Source of the DNA: Heterodontus francisci | Taxonomy: Eukaryota | Assembly: GCF_036365525.1 (NCBI RefSeq) | Contig: NC_090416.1 | Location: 16,340,945 to 16,404,944 of the forward strand | Reading direction: 5' to 3' | Length of the DNA: 64,000 nt | In this document: positions 61,251 through 64,000 of the stretch, one piece after another | Layout of the letters: every line of letters starts with the position of its first letter | How positions within the stretch are numbered: position 1 is the stretch's first letter | Made by a program: the position numbers and the translations under genes | Notes under the pieces: generated by a model | The model's input: only the letters and a program-made list of their open reading frames with translations | The model's database searches: none | What the model was told of the DNA's origin: nothing

Positions 61251-64000
61251 TCNNNNNNNNNNNNNNNNNNNNNNNNNNNNNNNNNNNNNNNNNNNNNNNN
61301 NNNNNNNNNNNNNNNNNNNNNNNNNNNNNNNNNNNNNNNNNNNNNNNNNNNNNNNNNNNNNNNNNNNNNNNNNNNNNNNNNNNNNCTTGCTCTATCTATT
61401 TGTCTGTCTGTCCATCTCTATCTATCTGTCTGTCCATCTCTATCTATCTGTCTGTCCATCTCTGTCTGTCTGTCTGTCTGTCCCTCAGTACTGACCCTTT
61501 GACAGTGCGGCACTCCCTCAGTACTGACCCTTTGGGAACTGAATATTCCAGGGTATTTGACAGTTTGGAATGACAGGAAGCAAGGAAAGGGAGGTGGTGT
61601 AGTTCAGTTAATAAAGGATGAGATCAGTACAGTGGTGAGAAATGATCTTGTATCAGAAAATCAAGATGTGGAATCAGTTTGGGTGGAGATATGAAATAGC
61701 AAAAATTCATACTGGAGCTGCACTGTGGAACAGAGTATAAATCAAGAAATAAGGGGGGCTTGTAAGGAAAATACTGCAGTAATCCTGGGTGATTTTAATC
61801 TTCATATAGATTGGAGTAATCAAACTGGTAAAGTTAGATAGAGGATGAGTTCATGGAGTGTACTCAGGACAGTTTCTTAGAACAATACATTCTGGAACCA
61901 ATCCGGGAGCAGGATATTTTAGACCTGGTAATGTGTAAGGAGACGGAATTAATTAATGACCTCTTAGTAAAGGAAGAATAGAAAAGTAGAATATTATTTA
62001 CATGGAGAGAGACTGCAGAATGCTGCAGTACAGAGGGATCTGGGTGTCCTTGTACATGGATCACAAAATGTTAACATGCAGGTTCAGCAAGTAATTAGGA
62101 AGAGAAATTGAATGTTGGTATTTATTGCAATGGGGATGGAGTATAAAAGTAGGGACATCTTGCTCCAACTGTGCCGGGTATTGGTGAGACCGCACCTAGA
62201 ATACTGCATACAGTTTTGGTCTCCTTATTTAAGGAGGGATAGACTTGCATTGGAAGCAGTTCAGAGAAGGTTCACTTGGCTGATTCCTGGGATGAAGGGA
62301 TTGTCTTGTGAGGAAAGGTTGAGCAGGTTGGGCCTGTACTCATTGGAGTTTAGAAGAATGAGAGGTGATCTTGTTGAAACATATAAGATCCTGAGGGGGC
62401 CTGACAGGGTAGATGCTGAGAGGATGTTTCCCCTCGTGGGGGAATCTAGAACTAGGGGGAACAGTTACAGAATACGGGGTCTCCCATTTAAGACGGAGAT
62501 GAGGAGGAATTTTTTCTCTGAGGGTCATTAATCTTTGGAATTCTCTTCCCCAGGGAGCAGTGGAGGCTGGGTCATTGAATATATTCAAGGCTGAGTTGGA
62601 GAGTTTTTTGATCTACAAGGGAGTTGAGGGTTATGGTGGGGGGCAGACAGGAAAGTAGAGATAAGGTCACAATCAGATCATCCGTGATCTTATCGAATGG
62701 CGGAACAGGCTCGAGGGGCCGAATGGCCTTCTCCTGTTCTTATTTCTTATGCTTTTATGTTGAAGATATCGTACCTGCTGTATTCAATACCTGTCCAGGT
62801 CTTTAAAGCCCAAAGTGGCCGTAACTGTTCCTATCTGTGCAGAGAGCCCTTGGCAGTAATATAATATAATGAAAATGGCCTGGCTGAAACTCCCCGGGTC
62901 TGGATATCTCAGTACAGATCGGGGAAGGGGTGGTGGAGTGCTGGAATCTGGGCCTTCCCAGCAAGTGTCCTGTAAGGGAACTGAATGACCTCAACGAAGG
63001 AACGAGTTCACAGAGGGAGATGAGGCTGATGTGATTGTAGTGTGTGCGAACAAGAGGAGGCCATTCAGCCCTTCGAGACTGCTGTACCATTCCATTAGAT
63101 CATAGCTGGTCTGTACCTTAACCCCATATACCCTGCCTTAGCTCCATAGTCCTTGCTGCCCTTACCCAATAAAAATCTATCAACCACAATCTTTATAACT
63201 CCAATTTTTAATGAAGTGCATTTCTATAGCGTCTTTCACAACCTCAGGATGTTCCCAAAGTGCTTCGCAGCCAATGAAATACCTTGAAAAGCAATATTGG
63301 GAAATGAAGAATGGGATGTAGAGCAGGAGGAGTTCAGTTCAGTTCTCCTGAGGGGCCCAGTCCAGATAATGGGTTGTTTTGTTATAAATGTGTGACGTGT
63401 CCAAGAATGTAACCGTTTAACGGTGTTTCTCGGATTTCCGTCCTGTTTCTGTGTGTGTTTCAGAGCAGGGGAACTGGGCCCAGATGCTGCTGCTCTCTGC
63501 TGCTTATCAGACAGTGAACAGGGATGTTTCGGTTCCTCCCCGAGGCTCCTCTCCCACCCCCTGCAGCGAGTGACCACACCACCTGCACCACATCACAAAC
63601 AAGACAAAAACAGCATCGATTTGGGTATCAGGATCTAAAATAAGGCTTTCAGAACACCGCCCAGGTCCCCTGTGGTTGATGACGAGGGCTTGATCTGAGC
63701 TGCATTCAGTGCCATTCTCAGACCCAGTCTGGAACCTGGCTGTTCGGCCATGTGAATCATCAACATTGTGGATTTAACTGGACGGATAAACGTTTGATGG
63801 CCTTTAAGATACTCCTTAAAACCTACCTCTTTGACCGAGCTTTTGGTCACCTGCTCTAATATCTCCGAATGTGGCTCAGCATTAAACTTTGTTTGCTGAC
63901 ACTCCTTGCGACGTTTTATTACATTAAAGGCGCCATATAAATGCAGATTGGTTGTTGTTTGCAAATGACAATTCGTTGAAGACCTTAATAACTAACCGAC

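Larger units (their letters stand above)
49378..64000. repeat. Tandem segmental unit 4 (truncated by window end)
   Basis: Colinear copy. The window ends at the position equivalent to about 14265 of unit 1. Confidence 0.97.

Overview
Vertebrate (cartilaginous-fish, shark-type) genomic DNA containing a head-to-tail tandem array of four immunoglobulin light-chain gene clusters. Unit starts are at about 1, 16313, 33029 and 49378, giving periods of 16.3-16.7 kb, and the fourth unit is cut by the window end. Each unit carries, on the minus strand, an octamer/TATA promoter, a 49-nt leader exon, an unrearranged V exon with a 12-spacer RSS, a J with a 23-spacer RSS about 380 bp away, and a single C exon with a polyA signal. 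All four look open and spliceable. The sequence, long CDR2 and V12/J23 arrangement fit the cartilaginous-fish type I / sigma-cart (NS5-like) class; from memory the C region resembles the horn shark type I light chain, which is unverified. The rest of each unit is co-amplified repeat DNA: a near full-length decayed CR1-clade LINE (esterase ORF1, APE-RT ORF2) inside a (TATC)n microsatellite, further CR1/L2/Penelope fragments, a V-SINE (missing from unit 2), DeuSINEs, and 30-bp and 39-bp VNTRs. The most notable unexplained signals are: (i) an inverted, diverged copy of the IgL V promoter, with an intact octamer, 2.1-2.5 kb upstream of every V and facing the LINE; (ii) tight same-orientation spacing that would allow V-J joining between clusters; (iii) patchwork sharing of variants among units, with amino-acid variation concentrated in the CDRs, including a 1-nt frame dimorphism at the V 3' end; (iv) a RUNX/E-box candidate 3' enhancer.
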